From positions 1 through 25,262 of the IMG/VR virus record IMGVR_UViG_3300044454_000244: 25,262 nt of DNA; one strand, given 5' to 3'. Positions 1-7,843 of the stretch are shown one piece after another. The stretch comes from a virus. Taxonomy: Duplodnaviria; Caudoviricetes. The notes beneath the pieces are model-generated. The model worked only from the letters and a program-made list of their open reading frames with translations, had not been told where the DNA came from and ran no database searches. The translations under genes and the position numbers were made by a program. The stretch's first letter is position 1. Every line of letters begins with the position of its first letter.

Positions 1-742
1 CCGCGCTGGTCCAGCTCGGCGCGCCCATGCCGATCATCGTGCTGCTGATGTCCTGGCTGCTGCTGCCCGTGAACCGCAACACCACGGCACGGCTGGCCGA
101 AACGGCGTACTCGTAGACGATCTGCACCGCGTGGCCGGCGAATGCGGACGAGAACGTCACGACGTTGCCGGACAGGGTGTAATCGCTGCCCGGCGTCAGC
201 ATCGGCGGCGCACCCATGTCGCCGCTCGACCAGATTGCGCCCGCGGCGCCGTCCTGGATGCTGCGGATCGCCGTCGGTGTCACCGGCAGCGTGACGTTAT
301 AGGGCCCGGTGGACGGCACCGTCGCGGGATAAACCGCCGGATCGGTGCCGCTGATGTAATACGGCGCCGTCGTGACATTGCCGCTGCCGTCCAGCGTGAG
401 GGCCTGCTCGTTGAAGTAGACGGCCTCGATCGCATCGACCTCGCCGTGGGCGAGCGCGATCACCATCAGCAGGTGCTCTTTCTTCGAGCCGATGGTCTCG
501 GCGTAGATGAGCTGGCCGCCGATCGCCGTGCGTCCGTAGACCAGCGGGCGCGGATTGATCCCGCCCTTCACGAGGATGGTCTGATCGCGCAGGTTCGCGT
601 TGTAGTTGGCCAACGCGCGACGCTTCGCAGCGCGTTGCTCGGACGCGCCGATATAGGCGGCTGCGGCGATCGCAAGATAGGGCCCGACGTACGGGATGAA
701 CGACAGGGCGATCGGAACGACGCCCTTTACCCATGAGCCCAT
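1..742 (-). CDS. Tail tip / central fibre protein (gpJ-like), N-terminal part; runs off the window edge
   Basis: Absent from the ORF track because there is no stop in the window. Translated by hand from ATG 742: MGSWVKGVVPIALSFIPYVGPYLAIAAAAY...NPRPLVYGRTAIGGQLIY...HLLMVIALAHGEVDAIEAVYFNE. The PxxYG and hhGE motifs are typical of siphophage tail tip proteins. Follows the NlpC-like gene. Confidence 0.88.
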   Translation of the reverse strand, partial: MGSWVKGVVPIALSFIPYVGPYLAIAAAAYIGASEQRAAKRRALANYNANLRDQTILVKGGINPRPLVYGRTAIGGQLIYAETIGSKKEHLLMVIALAHGEVDAIEAVYFNEQALTLDGSGNVTTAPYYISGTDPAVYPATVPSTGPYNVTLPVTPTAIRSIQDGAAGAIWSSGDMGAPPMLTPGSDYTLSGNVVTFSSAFAGHAVQIVYEYAVSASRAVVLRFTGSSSQDISSTMIGMGAPSWTSA

Positions 743-1174
743 CTAGACCCGCCAGGCGGCATGCACCGCGAACATCGGCAGCAGCTCGAGCCCGACGGTG
801 CCGGGTCCGGCGGCGACATCCCCGGCGCAGACGCCAAGGCTCAGCCGCCCGCCGGTTTCGATCAGGACCAGGTCGCCACGCTGCGCATAGGCAGGTTCGA
901 CCGGGGTCAGGCAGCCCCAGCCGTTGACGATGGTCGCCAGGTCCCGCCCGCCCATCGCGTCCAGCGCCCCGGAGGCGCTGTCGTAGCCGAGCAGCGTAAA
1001 GAGATCCTCTGCCGGCTTGAGGTCCTCGCGGGCGAGCTCGATCCAGCCGATGGCGAAGGTCGCGCAGTCGTGCAGACCCCAGACGAACGGCTCGTTGCGG
1101 GCACGGTCGAGATAGATTTCGAGCAGCAGCGGCCAGTCCGGTCGCCTCCGACCGGAACCATTGAGTTTCTGCAT
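743..1174 (-). CDS. NlpC/P60-like tail tip assembly protein
   Basis: FVWGLHDCATFA and AQRGDLVL motifs; position between the hub and tail tip genes. Confidence 0.8.
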   Translation of the reverse strand: MQKLNGSGRRRPDWPLLLEIYLDRARNEPFVWGLHDCATFAIGWIELAREDLKPAEDLFTLLGYDSASGALDAMGGRDLATIVNGWGCLTPVEPAYAQRGDLVLIETGGRLSLGVCAGDVAAGPGTVGLELLPMFAVHAAWRV

Positions 1175-1175
1175 G

Positions 1176-1760
1176 TCAGCGGGCGAAGAAGGCAGCCGCA
1201 GGCCAGATCAGCGCGCGGTCGGTGAGCTGCTTGGCGAAGCGCAGGCCGGTGTCTCCCGGATACAGGCGCTGCTGATCCTCATCGGACCAGTAGAGCGCCG
1301 CCGGACGGTCAAAGTCGAAGAGCTCATTTTCGGCGGTGACGCGCACGGTGGCGGTGTCGGACTCGTCGACGATATCCATCGTGTCGATCAGACCGGACCA
1401 TTCGAGCACCGGGTCGGCCAAGATGGCGTGAGTCGGCAGCGCGAGGAATGCGGTGTAGACGTTGACCACGCGGCGCTGGTAACTGCCGGCGGCGCCCAGC
1501 GCGATCGCGATGGTGGACGACGGCACACCGGAAAGCGTGAACGCGAGGCCGGTGACCTCGCCGCTCTCGGTTTCCTTGACCTCTTCGATCGAACCGAGCT
1601 GGCCGGTGCCGATCCAGCTGTAGCCATTCCAGTCCATCGCATAGCCCGCGGAGCAGACGCGCAGCGGGTCGCTGTCGAAGAGCATCTCGACGAACTGCAC
1701 CATGCCAACGTTGGGTTGGGCGATGGCGCTGGCGACGCCCCCGGTGACGGTCCGCGTCAT
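1176..1760 (-). CDS. Minor tail / baseplate hub protein (lambda gpL position), 194 aa
   Basis: Start moved to ATG 1760 (MTRTVTGG), which overlaps the Dit stop as ATGA. Motifs WNGYSWIGTGQLGSI and DQQRLYPGDTGLRF. Confidence 0.8.
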   Translation of the reverse strand: MTRTVTGGVASAIAQPNVGMVQFVEMLFDSDPLRVCSAGYAMDWNGYSWIGTGQLGSIEEVKETESGEVTGLAFTLSGVPSSTIAIALGAAGSYQRRVVNVYTAFLALPTHAILADPVLEWSGLIDTMDIVDESDTATVRVTAENELFDFDRPAALYWSDEDQQRLYPGDTGLRFAKQLTDRALIWPAAAFFAR

Positions 1761-2371
1761 GCGAAGGCCTCGACGGCATCGATGGGCACATCGCCGAAGC
1801 GCGGCACGGTATAGCTCATGCGCCAGGACGACTCCGTCAGGCGAAACAATGCGGTCGGCTTGTCCCAGGCGATGCCGCTGCCGCTCGCGATGCTGGCGCG
1901 GGCGGGAGGCTCGAAGTCGAACGAGCCGACACCGGACCCGTTGAGCGTGACGCCGGTGATGGCCATCTTGAGCTCGCCGCCGATGTTGAACTTGTCGCCA
2001 ATGGCGATGGTGGTTCCCGCCTGGCCAACGCCCGCATTGACGGTGCAGCTGACGCCGCCGGCGGCGATGGTGCCGCTGGTGACCGGCGAGCCCCGCATCG
2101 TGCCGCGCGGCCGCGGGTTCATGAAATCGAACGCGGTAAAGCGGTTGGCGCGCCCGCGCATCTTGGCCATGAAGGCATTCATCGTCGCGCGCTCTTCGGC
2201 GTTGAGGCCCTGCAGCCGCAGCGCGAGCGCCCAGCGCGCGCCGGGGAATTCGACGGTGGTCACCTGGCCGCTCAGCAGCCCGGGAAAGGCACGGTCGTTC
2301 GGGTCCATGCCGAAGTGCCATTCGGTGAACGGCATCGGCCGCGTGAAACTCGGGAACACGTAAGTGGTCAT
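1757..2371 (-). CDS. Distal tail protein (Dit-like), 204 aa
   Basis: Start ATG 2371 overlaps the tape measure stop (ATGA). Motifs PGARWAL, MRGRANRF and FEPPARA; first gene after the tape measure. Confidence 0.75.
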   Translation of the reverse strand: MTTYVFPSFTRPMPFTEWHFGMDPNDRAFPGLLSGQVTTVEFPGARWALALRLQGLNAEERATMNAFMAKMRGRANRFTAFDFMNPRPRGTMRGSPVTSGTIAAGGVSCTVNAGVGQAGTTIAIGDKFNIGGELKMAITGVTLNGSGVGSFDFEPPARASIASGSGIAWDKPTALFRLTESSWRMSYTVPRFGDVPIDAVEAFA

Positions 2372-4119
2372 GCCAGCACCCCGCTGCCGCCGCGCCGCTG
2401 GCTGTCCCATGAGGCGGCGAGGCCGGAACGCACGCCAAGATCGACCAGCTGCGCGACCTTGGCGCGGTCGGAGCCGCTGTCGATGAAGTTGTTGACGGTG
2501 ATGCTCTGCGCGCCGGCGGCTGCGCCGCCCATGTAAGTGTCGAACGTGCCGCCGCCCGTGCCGGCGCCCGTTCCGCCGCCGAAGGAACCGCCGATGGCGC
2601 CGCCGATGAACTTGAACAGTCCGGAGAGAACGCTGGAGCCACCGCCGCCCGCGGTGCCCATGCTGCCGAGCCCGAACTCGCTGAAGATCTTCTGCAGTTC
2701 CGCCGCGAGCGGCTTGAGGATCAGCATCTGCGTGAGGATCTTGGCGATGTCCTGCCCGAGCGCTTTCCAGACGCTGCCGATGCGGCCGCCGGAGGTGATC
2801 ATCTCGCCCAGCGAACTCGCCATCGTGAGCCCGAGCTGTTCGGCGAGATCGGCCTGGCGCTTCATGCCTTCCTCGGCTTCGCTCTTGAGGCCGAACACCT
2901 TGGAAATGCCACGGTCGTACTCACCCGCGGCAATGGCGCCGGAGAAAAAGGCCTCGTCGAGCGCGGCCATGTCCTCGATCTGCTGCTTGACGACGCTGCG
3001 GCCGGTGAGTTCGTTCAGCCGGTCCTCGCGGCGCTGCTTTTCGCGCTGGGCGGCCTCTTCCTGCTCGTCATCGAAGCGCTTGCGCGCATTGCGGATGCGC
3101 TGGACGTCGGCGAACTCCTTGGCGTAGGCGTTGCTCGATTCACTGGTCGCCGCGCTCTTCTTCTTGCTGGCGTCGGTGGCGGCGAGGTCGGCGGCGACCT
3201 TGTCGCGGATGGCCTGGGCATTCTGCAGAGCGGCGCGGCCTTCGTTGCTGTAGGCGCCCTCCCCCAGCTTCAGTGCCTCGGCCACCTGTTGCTGACGCGC
3301 CTGTATCGGACCCAGCTGGCGGCTCAAGTTGGCCACTGCGCCGAGAGCTCCTCCAGGACCCGAGCCGAGGAACGACCCGGCGATGGACTTGAAGTCAAGC
3401 TTTCGCGAGGTCTCGATCACCTCGTTGATGGCCGGAACAACGACGCCGGCGAGTGCGTAACCGAGCCTCCGGCTGTTGGCCTCCAGCGTGTTGAACTCGG
3501 CCTGTAGCTTTACGGCCTGGCGCGCGGTTTCTTCCGTCAGCCCGGCCATCTTTTCGAGCGCACCGGAGCCCTGGTTCAACAGGGGAATGAGCCGCGCCGC
3601 CCCTTTGCCGAAGACGTCCACCGCAAGCGCACTCTTGGCCGGACCATCCTCCATGCGGGCAAAGGCATCCGCGAGCTCGCGCAGCACTTCCGTGGTCGGG
3701 CGGAGACTGCCGGCGGCGTCTTTGACGTTGATGCCGAGGGCCCGAAAGAGCGCCGAGGCCTCGCGATTGCCAGCGGCGGCGTCGGACAACTTGACGTTCA
3801 GCCGGGTGATGGCTGTATCGAACTGCTCGACGCCAATGCCGGCCTGGCCGGCCACGATGCGCATATTGGCCAGTTCCGACGCCGTCGTGCCGAGCGACTG
3901 CGCGGTCTGATCGAGCTCGTCGATCGCGCCGACCATGTTGCGCACGCCGACGACGATGGCGCCGCCGACCAGCGACCCCCACAGGGCCTGCACCTGCACC
4001 AACGGCGCAGCGAGCCGGGCGAACGAGGTCTGTGCGCTCTCTACCGTCGATCCGAGGCGGCGGATAACATCGCTCGCGCGGTCCTCGGCGCTGAATATGA
4101 CTTTGGCTTCGGTGGTCAT
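2368..4119 (-). CDS. Tail tape measure protein, 583 aa
   Basis: N-terminal IFSAEDRAS, Ala-rich helical body, LFRALGI...VFGKG...LIPLLNQG motif and Gly-rich C-terminus; follows the chaperone pair. Confidence 0.9.
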   Translation of the reverse strand: MTTEAKVIFSAEDRASDVIRRLGSTVESAQTSFARLAAPLVQVQALWGSLVGGAIVVGVRNMVGAIDELDQTAQSLGTTASELANMRIVAGQAGIGVEQFDTAITRLNVKLSDAAAGNREASALFRALGINVKDAAGSLRPTTEVLRELADAFARMEDGPAKSALAVDVFGKGAARLIPLLNQGSGALEKMAGLTEETARQAVKLQAEFNTLEANSRRLGYALAGVVVPAINEVIETSRKLDFKSIAGSFLGSGPGGALGAVANLSRQLGPIQARQQQVAEALKLGEGAYSNEGRAALQNAQAIRDKVAADLAATDASKKKSAATSESSNAYAKEFADVQRIRNARKRFDDEQEEAAQREKQRREDRLNELTGRSVVKQQIEDMAALDEAFFSGAIAAGEYDRGISKVFGLKSEAEEGMKRQADLAEQLGLTMASSLGEMITSGGRIGSVWKALGQDIAKILTQMLILKPLAAELQKIFSEFGLGSMGTAGGGGSSVLSGLFKFIGGAIGGSFGGGTGAGTGGGTFDTYMGGAAAGAQSITVNNFIDSGSDRAKVAQLVDLGVRSGLAASWDSQRRGGSGVLA

Positions 4120-4382
4120 CGCTGGCGCGGCGGCAGGTGGTCGTCGATCACGGCAAAGAGAGCAGTCACCATTTCCCAGTCGTCCAGGCCGTGGACGGCG
4201 GCATAGAGCGGCACGAGTTCAACGCGGCCGCCCTGGCAGAACGTGTACGCATGCACCGCCTGCGCCGCCAGCGGCGGCATGTCTGGCGGCGGTGCCTCTT
4301 CTTCGAACAGGCCCTCGGTGCCGGGGATCAGCCGCGGCTGCACCTCGCCCCGGCCCTTGAGCCAGTCGAGGTGCGCGGTCAG
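4116..4382 (-). CDS. Tail chaperone frameshift extension (gpT-like part of gpGT)
   Basis: The -1 frame is open from the slippery site: LTAHLDWLKGRGEVQPRLIPG...HLPPRQR*. Its stop overlaps the tape measure start. Confidence 0.8.
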   Translation of the reverse strand: MTAHLDWLKGRGEVQPRLIPGTEGLFEEEAPPPDMPPLAAQAVHAYTFCQGGRVELVPLYAAVHGLDDWEMVTALFAVIDDHLPPRQR

Positions 4383-4747
4383 TTTCCCGCGGCGGCCTCG
4401 AGCTGCTTGCGGCGCGCCTCGACGCGCTTGCTCACGACGTCAGCGAGCGCCTCTTCCCAGTCCGGGCGCTCGTTGAGCAGGACTTCGGCCATCTCGGGCG
4501 AGAACGGCAGCGGTTCCGCGGCGAGTTCCAGTTCGGGCAGGCGCAGATCCTCCGCGACGACGCCGCTCCAACCGCGCAGCGCCGCCAGCACCACCTGCCG
4601 CTGCACGCGGGTGAAGGTGCGCTTTTCCTCGCTGATGAGGTTGACGGCAAACTGCGACGGGGTCACGAGATCGAAGCGGCGGCCGCCAAGCTCGTGGCTG
4701 AACCGCCGCGCCCGCTCCGCGGCGGCCTTCAGTTGCTCGAGATCCAT
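4379..4747 (-). CDS. Tail assembly chaperone (gpG-like), 122 aa
   Basis: Start ATG 4747 overlaps the tail tube stop (TGATG). Contains LRGWSGV and ends GCG GGA AAC TGA. Confidence 0.85.
   Translation of the reverse strand: MDLEQLKAAAERARRFSHELGGRRFDLVTPSQFAVNLISEEKRTFTRVQRQVVLAALRGWSGVVAEDLRLPELELAAEPLPFSPEMAEVLLNERPDWEEALADVVSKRVEARRKQLEAAAGN
4382..4388 (-). other. Programmed -1 frameshift slippery heptamer G GGA AAC
   Basis: X XXY YYZ in the correct phase immediately before the chaperone stop; lambda G/T uses GGGAAAG. Confidence 0.88.
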
Positions 4748-5409
4748 CAGGTCGAGTACGCCGTGACGTAGGCCGGATTCAGCGCGATGCTGACGGTGCG
4801 GCGGACGTTGGTGTTGCTGGCGAACTGCGGCGCGACGCCGATCGAGAACACGCCGGCGCCATACCACTTGGCCCCGGTGCGTGCCGTGAAGCGGAACGGC
4901 GTCACGACGTGCGAGTAAGCCAGCGTCTGGAGCAGGATCTGTCCGGCCGAGGCGATATCGTCGTCGATGTTGAACTGGATCCGACCCGCGGAGAGGAAGG
5001 TGGGCTCCTCATTGGCGACGTCCTGGTCGAGGTACTGGTAGGTGCTGTACTGCTGCTCGCCGCCGCTCGACTGGAACGAATCGCCGAGGATCTGGCCGAT
5101 GTTCGTCCAGGTGGCCACCTCGCGCACGGTGCCGGCGCCCGTTGCTGTCGGGTAATCCGTCGTGCTCTGGGTGTCGAAACTCTCGAGCGTCACGTCGTTG
5201 GTGGCGACGTTGCTGGCGCGGAACACGCGGCCAACCGCGCGCGGCCATCCGGATGTGACGATCTGCACGATGTCGCTGACGACGACGCCGTGCGAGGCTT
5301 CGAGGGTCGCCACGGCGCTGGCGGCATTGGTGATCGCCGACATGCTCTTGGTGGCGCCAAAGGTGGCCGCAACTGCGACCACCAGTCCATTTACTGGGGT
5401 ACGTGCCAT
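4747..5409 (-). CDS. Major tail (tube) protein, 220 aa
   Basis: AITNAASAVAT, SGWP and SSGGEQQY motifs; AGGAG upstream; synteny. Confidence 0.88.
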   Translation of the reverse strand: MARTPVNGLVVAVAATFGATKSMSAITNAASAVATLEASHGVVVSDIVQIVTSGWPRAVGRVFRASNVATNDVTLESFDTQSTTDYPTATGAGTVREVATWTNIGQILGDSFQSSGGEQQYSTYQYLDQDVANEEPTFLSAGRIQFNIDDDIASAGQILLQTLAYSHVVTPFRFTARTGAKWYGAGVFSIGVAPQFASNTNVRRTVSIALNPAYVTAYST

Positions 5410-5441
5410 TTCCTAACTCCTGGTGGTGGACGTGCGGGTGC

Positions 5442-5891
5442 TCAATCGAGCAGGGTGTCTGGCGTCACCGCCAGGGTGTAAAGTGAACGAACGGTGTAGG
5501 TCATGGCGCGACGCGCGACGGGCTGGTCGCTACCGCCGTCCATCGCCAACGCCTCGACGAGCGTGGGCTGCACCTGCACCGCCTTGCCGCCGATACTGGC
5601 CAGGCCGCACAGGGCTCCGGCCACTTCGGTGGCGATATCATCGAGCAGCGCGCCGAGATCGCCGGTGCCCTTGGCGATCGCGGTGACAGTGAGGTCCACA
5701 TCCCAGCGCAGCACCAGCTCGCCGTCCATGTAGTCAGCCTCGGGCGCGCAGGCGGTGCCCACCAGCAATGCGGGCAGGGTTGCCTCCGGCCATGGATACG
5801 CCTCCTGGACGTACACACGGGCGCCGGTGCTCGGCAAGCCGTTCAACGCTGCGACTGCGGCCACGCGCACCTGGGTGAGGACGTGGGGCAT
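5442..5891 (-). CDS. Tail terminator protein (gpU-like), 149 aa
   Basis: HxxTQVR and LDDIATEV pattern; position just before the tail tube gene. Confidence 0.72.
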   Translation of the reverse strand: MPHVLTQVRVAAVAALNGLPSTGARVYVQEAYPWPEATLPALLVGTACAPEADYMDGELVLRWDVDLTVTAIAKGTGDLGALLDDIATEVAGALCGLASIGGKAVQVQPTLVEALAMDGGSDQPVARRAMTYTVRSLYTLAVTPDTLLD

Positions 5892-5893
5892 GA

Positions 5894-6169
5894 CTACTGG
5901 CGCTCCAGTATGAGGCGCTTTTCGAGTTCGTCGGGCGCCACCGGCTCGATCACGCGCACGACGTAGGTGGTCGCTCCACGCAGGACCGTGGCGCCGACCG
6001 CGATTGACGCCGCATCGGATGTCCGCACCCGCAGCGAGGGCGCTGTGCCCTGCACGGCCAGCGCATCGGCATAGCCGCCGTCGAAGATCGCAGTCAAAGG
6101 GGCCGCGGCGATCGTGACCGGTTCGCCGAAGGTGGCGTAGATCAGCGCGAGCGAGGGCGCGAAGTCCAT
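5894..6169 (-). CDS. Head closure / head-tail joining protein (gpFII-like), 91 aa
   Basis: Start ATG 6169 overlaps the upstream stop (TGATG). FGEPVT...TAIFD...YVVRVIEP beta-barrel pattern. Confidence 0.78.
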   Translation of the reverse strand: MDFAPSLALIYATFGEPVTIAAAPLTAIFDGGYADALAVQGTAPSLRVRTSDAASIAVGATVLRGATTYVVRVIEPVAPDELEKRLILERQ

Positions 6170-7716
6170 CAGGCGGCCCTCTTCGTGAGCAGCCCCTGCG
6201 ACGTCAGGTAATCGACGATCAGATCGGCGATCGGTTCCGGCCGGGCCATTGCCTGGCACGCACTCGCATGCGTGACCGTGTCGCGCGCGCAGAACGCGAA
6301 GTCCGCCCCGTGCACGCGATGACAGGGATGGCAGGCGAGCTGCGCCGGCTCGATGCTCGCGGTGTTGATCCAGTCTCGCGTGAGGTTTTCCACGCTGCTG
6401 TGGCTCAGCGTCACCACCTTGAGCATCGGCTCGAACGCCACGGCGTTGGCCACCACGCTTTCGGTGGCGACCACCGCGTCGGCCTGGAGCGCGTAGGCGA
6501 GCGCAATGCGCAGCGGCCATTGCATGCCGACGACGTGGCCGTACTTCTCGACCCCCTCGATCGAGTCGTCGCGGATATCGCCTATCGCGACGGTGTGCAC
6601 GCCGTGCTCGGCCAGCAGTTCCATCAGCCGCTGCGTATGCGGCCAATACTTGACGGGGCCGCTGCCGGACGGATTGACGACGACCACGGGCCCGTCGAGC
6701 ACCTTGCGCAGTTCCGCTGCCGCCTGCACCTCGACGGCGCTCGGGTAGAACTTCTGGCGCGGCGGCTTGCCATCGAGGCCGGCCCATTCGTGCACGGTGT
6801 CGAGGTAGTTGCGGTTCATCAGCCGGTGGCGCAGCGCATGCGGCAGGAAGAACCGGACCTCGTTCGGATGCGGCAGCAGGTTGCCCTCGACCGAGCCGAT
6901 GAGGTTGGCAAAGCGGTCGAACTTCGGCGCCAGATAGGCATAGAAGCGCAGCAGCTCGTCATCCGTCAGTGTGCGGTCGCGCAGCGTGATGATGCGGTCG
7001 ATGTTCGGATCGTGGCGCAGCACTTCGGCCCCGCCGGCGACGGTGTAGATGGTGACGTGGTGGCCCTCGTCCTTCAGGTGGGCGCAGACGCTGCTGGCCC
7101 AGAGCGCATCCCCGTGGCCACCGAGGCGGACCACGCCGGCGCATTTGTCCGGACGTTCGAACACTTGCACCTTCTGGCTGTGGCCCGCGAGTTCCTTGCG
7201 GAATACCAGCAGGAAGCTGTATTCGCGGTCGGCGTCGCGCACCTGGTTCTCGAGCAGCGTCCAGTCGGGCGCCACGTCGCACATCATGGCGATGATGTCG
7301 TGCGGCGCGAAGTCGTGCTTGTAGTCGGGGTTGGCGCCCGGCTCGCCCCGGCGGGGATACAGGTCCCGGTGCGGCAGGTAAAGCGCGAGGTAGCCGCCGA
7401 TGCGGACCAGGCGCCACCATTCCGCGAGCGCCGCATGGGCGTCGGCGATGTGCTCGAGCGTGTGGCTGCTGAACACGCAGTCGAACGCATCCGAACCAAA
7501 GATTGGCAGGCGGGCAGCGTCGGCCACCACCATGTCGGGCTTCATCGGGATGCCGAAGAGCGCGGTCTCGCGCATCGAGTCGACGCCGATGGCATGCGGC
7601 CAGAGCTTGTTGGGACCGCAGCCAATATCCAACAAGCTGCCCATCGTGTACGGCAGGACGTCGAAGCGCACCTTGGCAGCTTCGTTGCCCTGCGGGTCTT
7701 CCGCTCTCCAGACCAT
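6169..7716 (-). CDS. Class I SAM methyltransferase fused to a GT9 (heptosyltransferase-like) glycosyltransferase, 515 aa
   Basis: N-domain: LLDIGCG, FDCVFSSHTLEH, EWWRLVRIGGYL. C-domain: VVRLGGHGDALW, LRHDPNIDRII, NPSGSGPVKYWP, ADAVVATES, ACHPCH...C...C. Confidence 0.88.
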   Translation of the reverse strand: MVWRAEDPQGNEAAKVRFDVLPYTMGSLLDIGCGPNKLWPHAIGVDSMRETALFGIPMKPDMVVADAARLPIFGSDAFDCVFSSHTLEHIADAHAALAEWWRLVRIGGYLALYLPHRDLYPRRGEPGANPDYKHDFAPHDIIAMMCDVAPDWTLLENQVRDADREYSFLLVFRKELAGHSQKVQVFERPDKCAGVVRLGGHGDALWASSVCAHLKDEGHHVTIYTVAGGAEVLRHDPNIDRIITLRDRTLTDDELLRFYAYLAPKFDRFANLIGSVEGNLLPHPNEVRFFLPHALRHRLMNRNYLDTVHEWAGLDGKPPRQKFYPSAVEVQAAAELRKVLDGPVVVVNPSGSGPVKYWPHTQRLMELLAEHGVHTVAIGDIRDDSIEGVEKYGHVVGMQWPLRIALAYALQADAVVATESVVANAVAFEPMLKVVTLSHSSVENLTRDWINTASIEPAQLACHPCHRVHGADFAFCARDTVTHASACQAMARPEPIADLIVDYLTSQGLLTKRAA

Positions 7717-7743
7717 GAATGCTCCGAAATTCCCTCGTCGAGG

Positions 7744-7797
7744 TTGCGCGGCAGGCCGGGAGGGGCCGGCTTTTCGGTGGCGACCCTAGCCGCGCAA
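7744..7797 (-). ncRNA. Candidate small three-way-junction RNA element in the 5' leader of the MTase-GT9 gene
   Basis: Minus strand: UUGCGCGGC-UAG-GGU(CGCC)ACC-GAAAA-GCCGG(CCCCUC)CCGGC-CU-GCCGCGCAA, i.e. a perfect 9-bp closing stem with two internal hairpins. Confidence 0.5.
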
Positions 7798-7823
7798 TGA
7801 AAAAGGGCGCCCGAGGCGCCCTT
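7797..7823 (-). terminator. Intrinsic terminator after the capsid gene
   Basis: AAGGGCGCC-TCG-GGCGCCC followed by TTTTTCATT, 20 nt after the capsid stop. Confidence 0.88.
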
Positions 7824-7843
7824 CGCGTCGCAGCGAACTGCGA

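Noticed and set aside
297-734. 145-aa minus ORF in the track
   Set aside because: Wrong frame; the tail tip gene starts at 742 in another frame.
7744-7797. Hammerhead ribozyme or tRNA
   Set aside because: No CUGAnGA core; too short, and lacks T-loop and anticodon arm.
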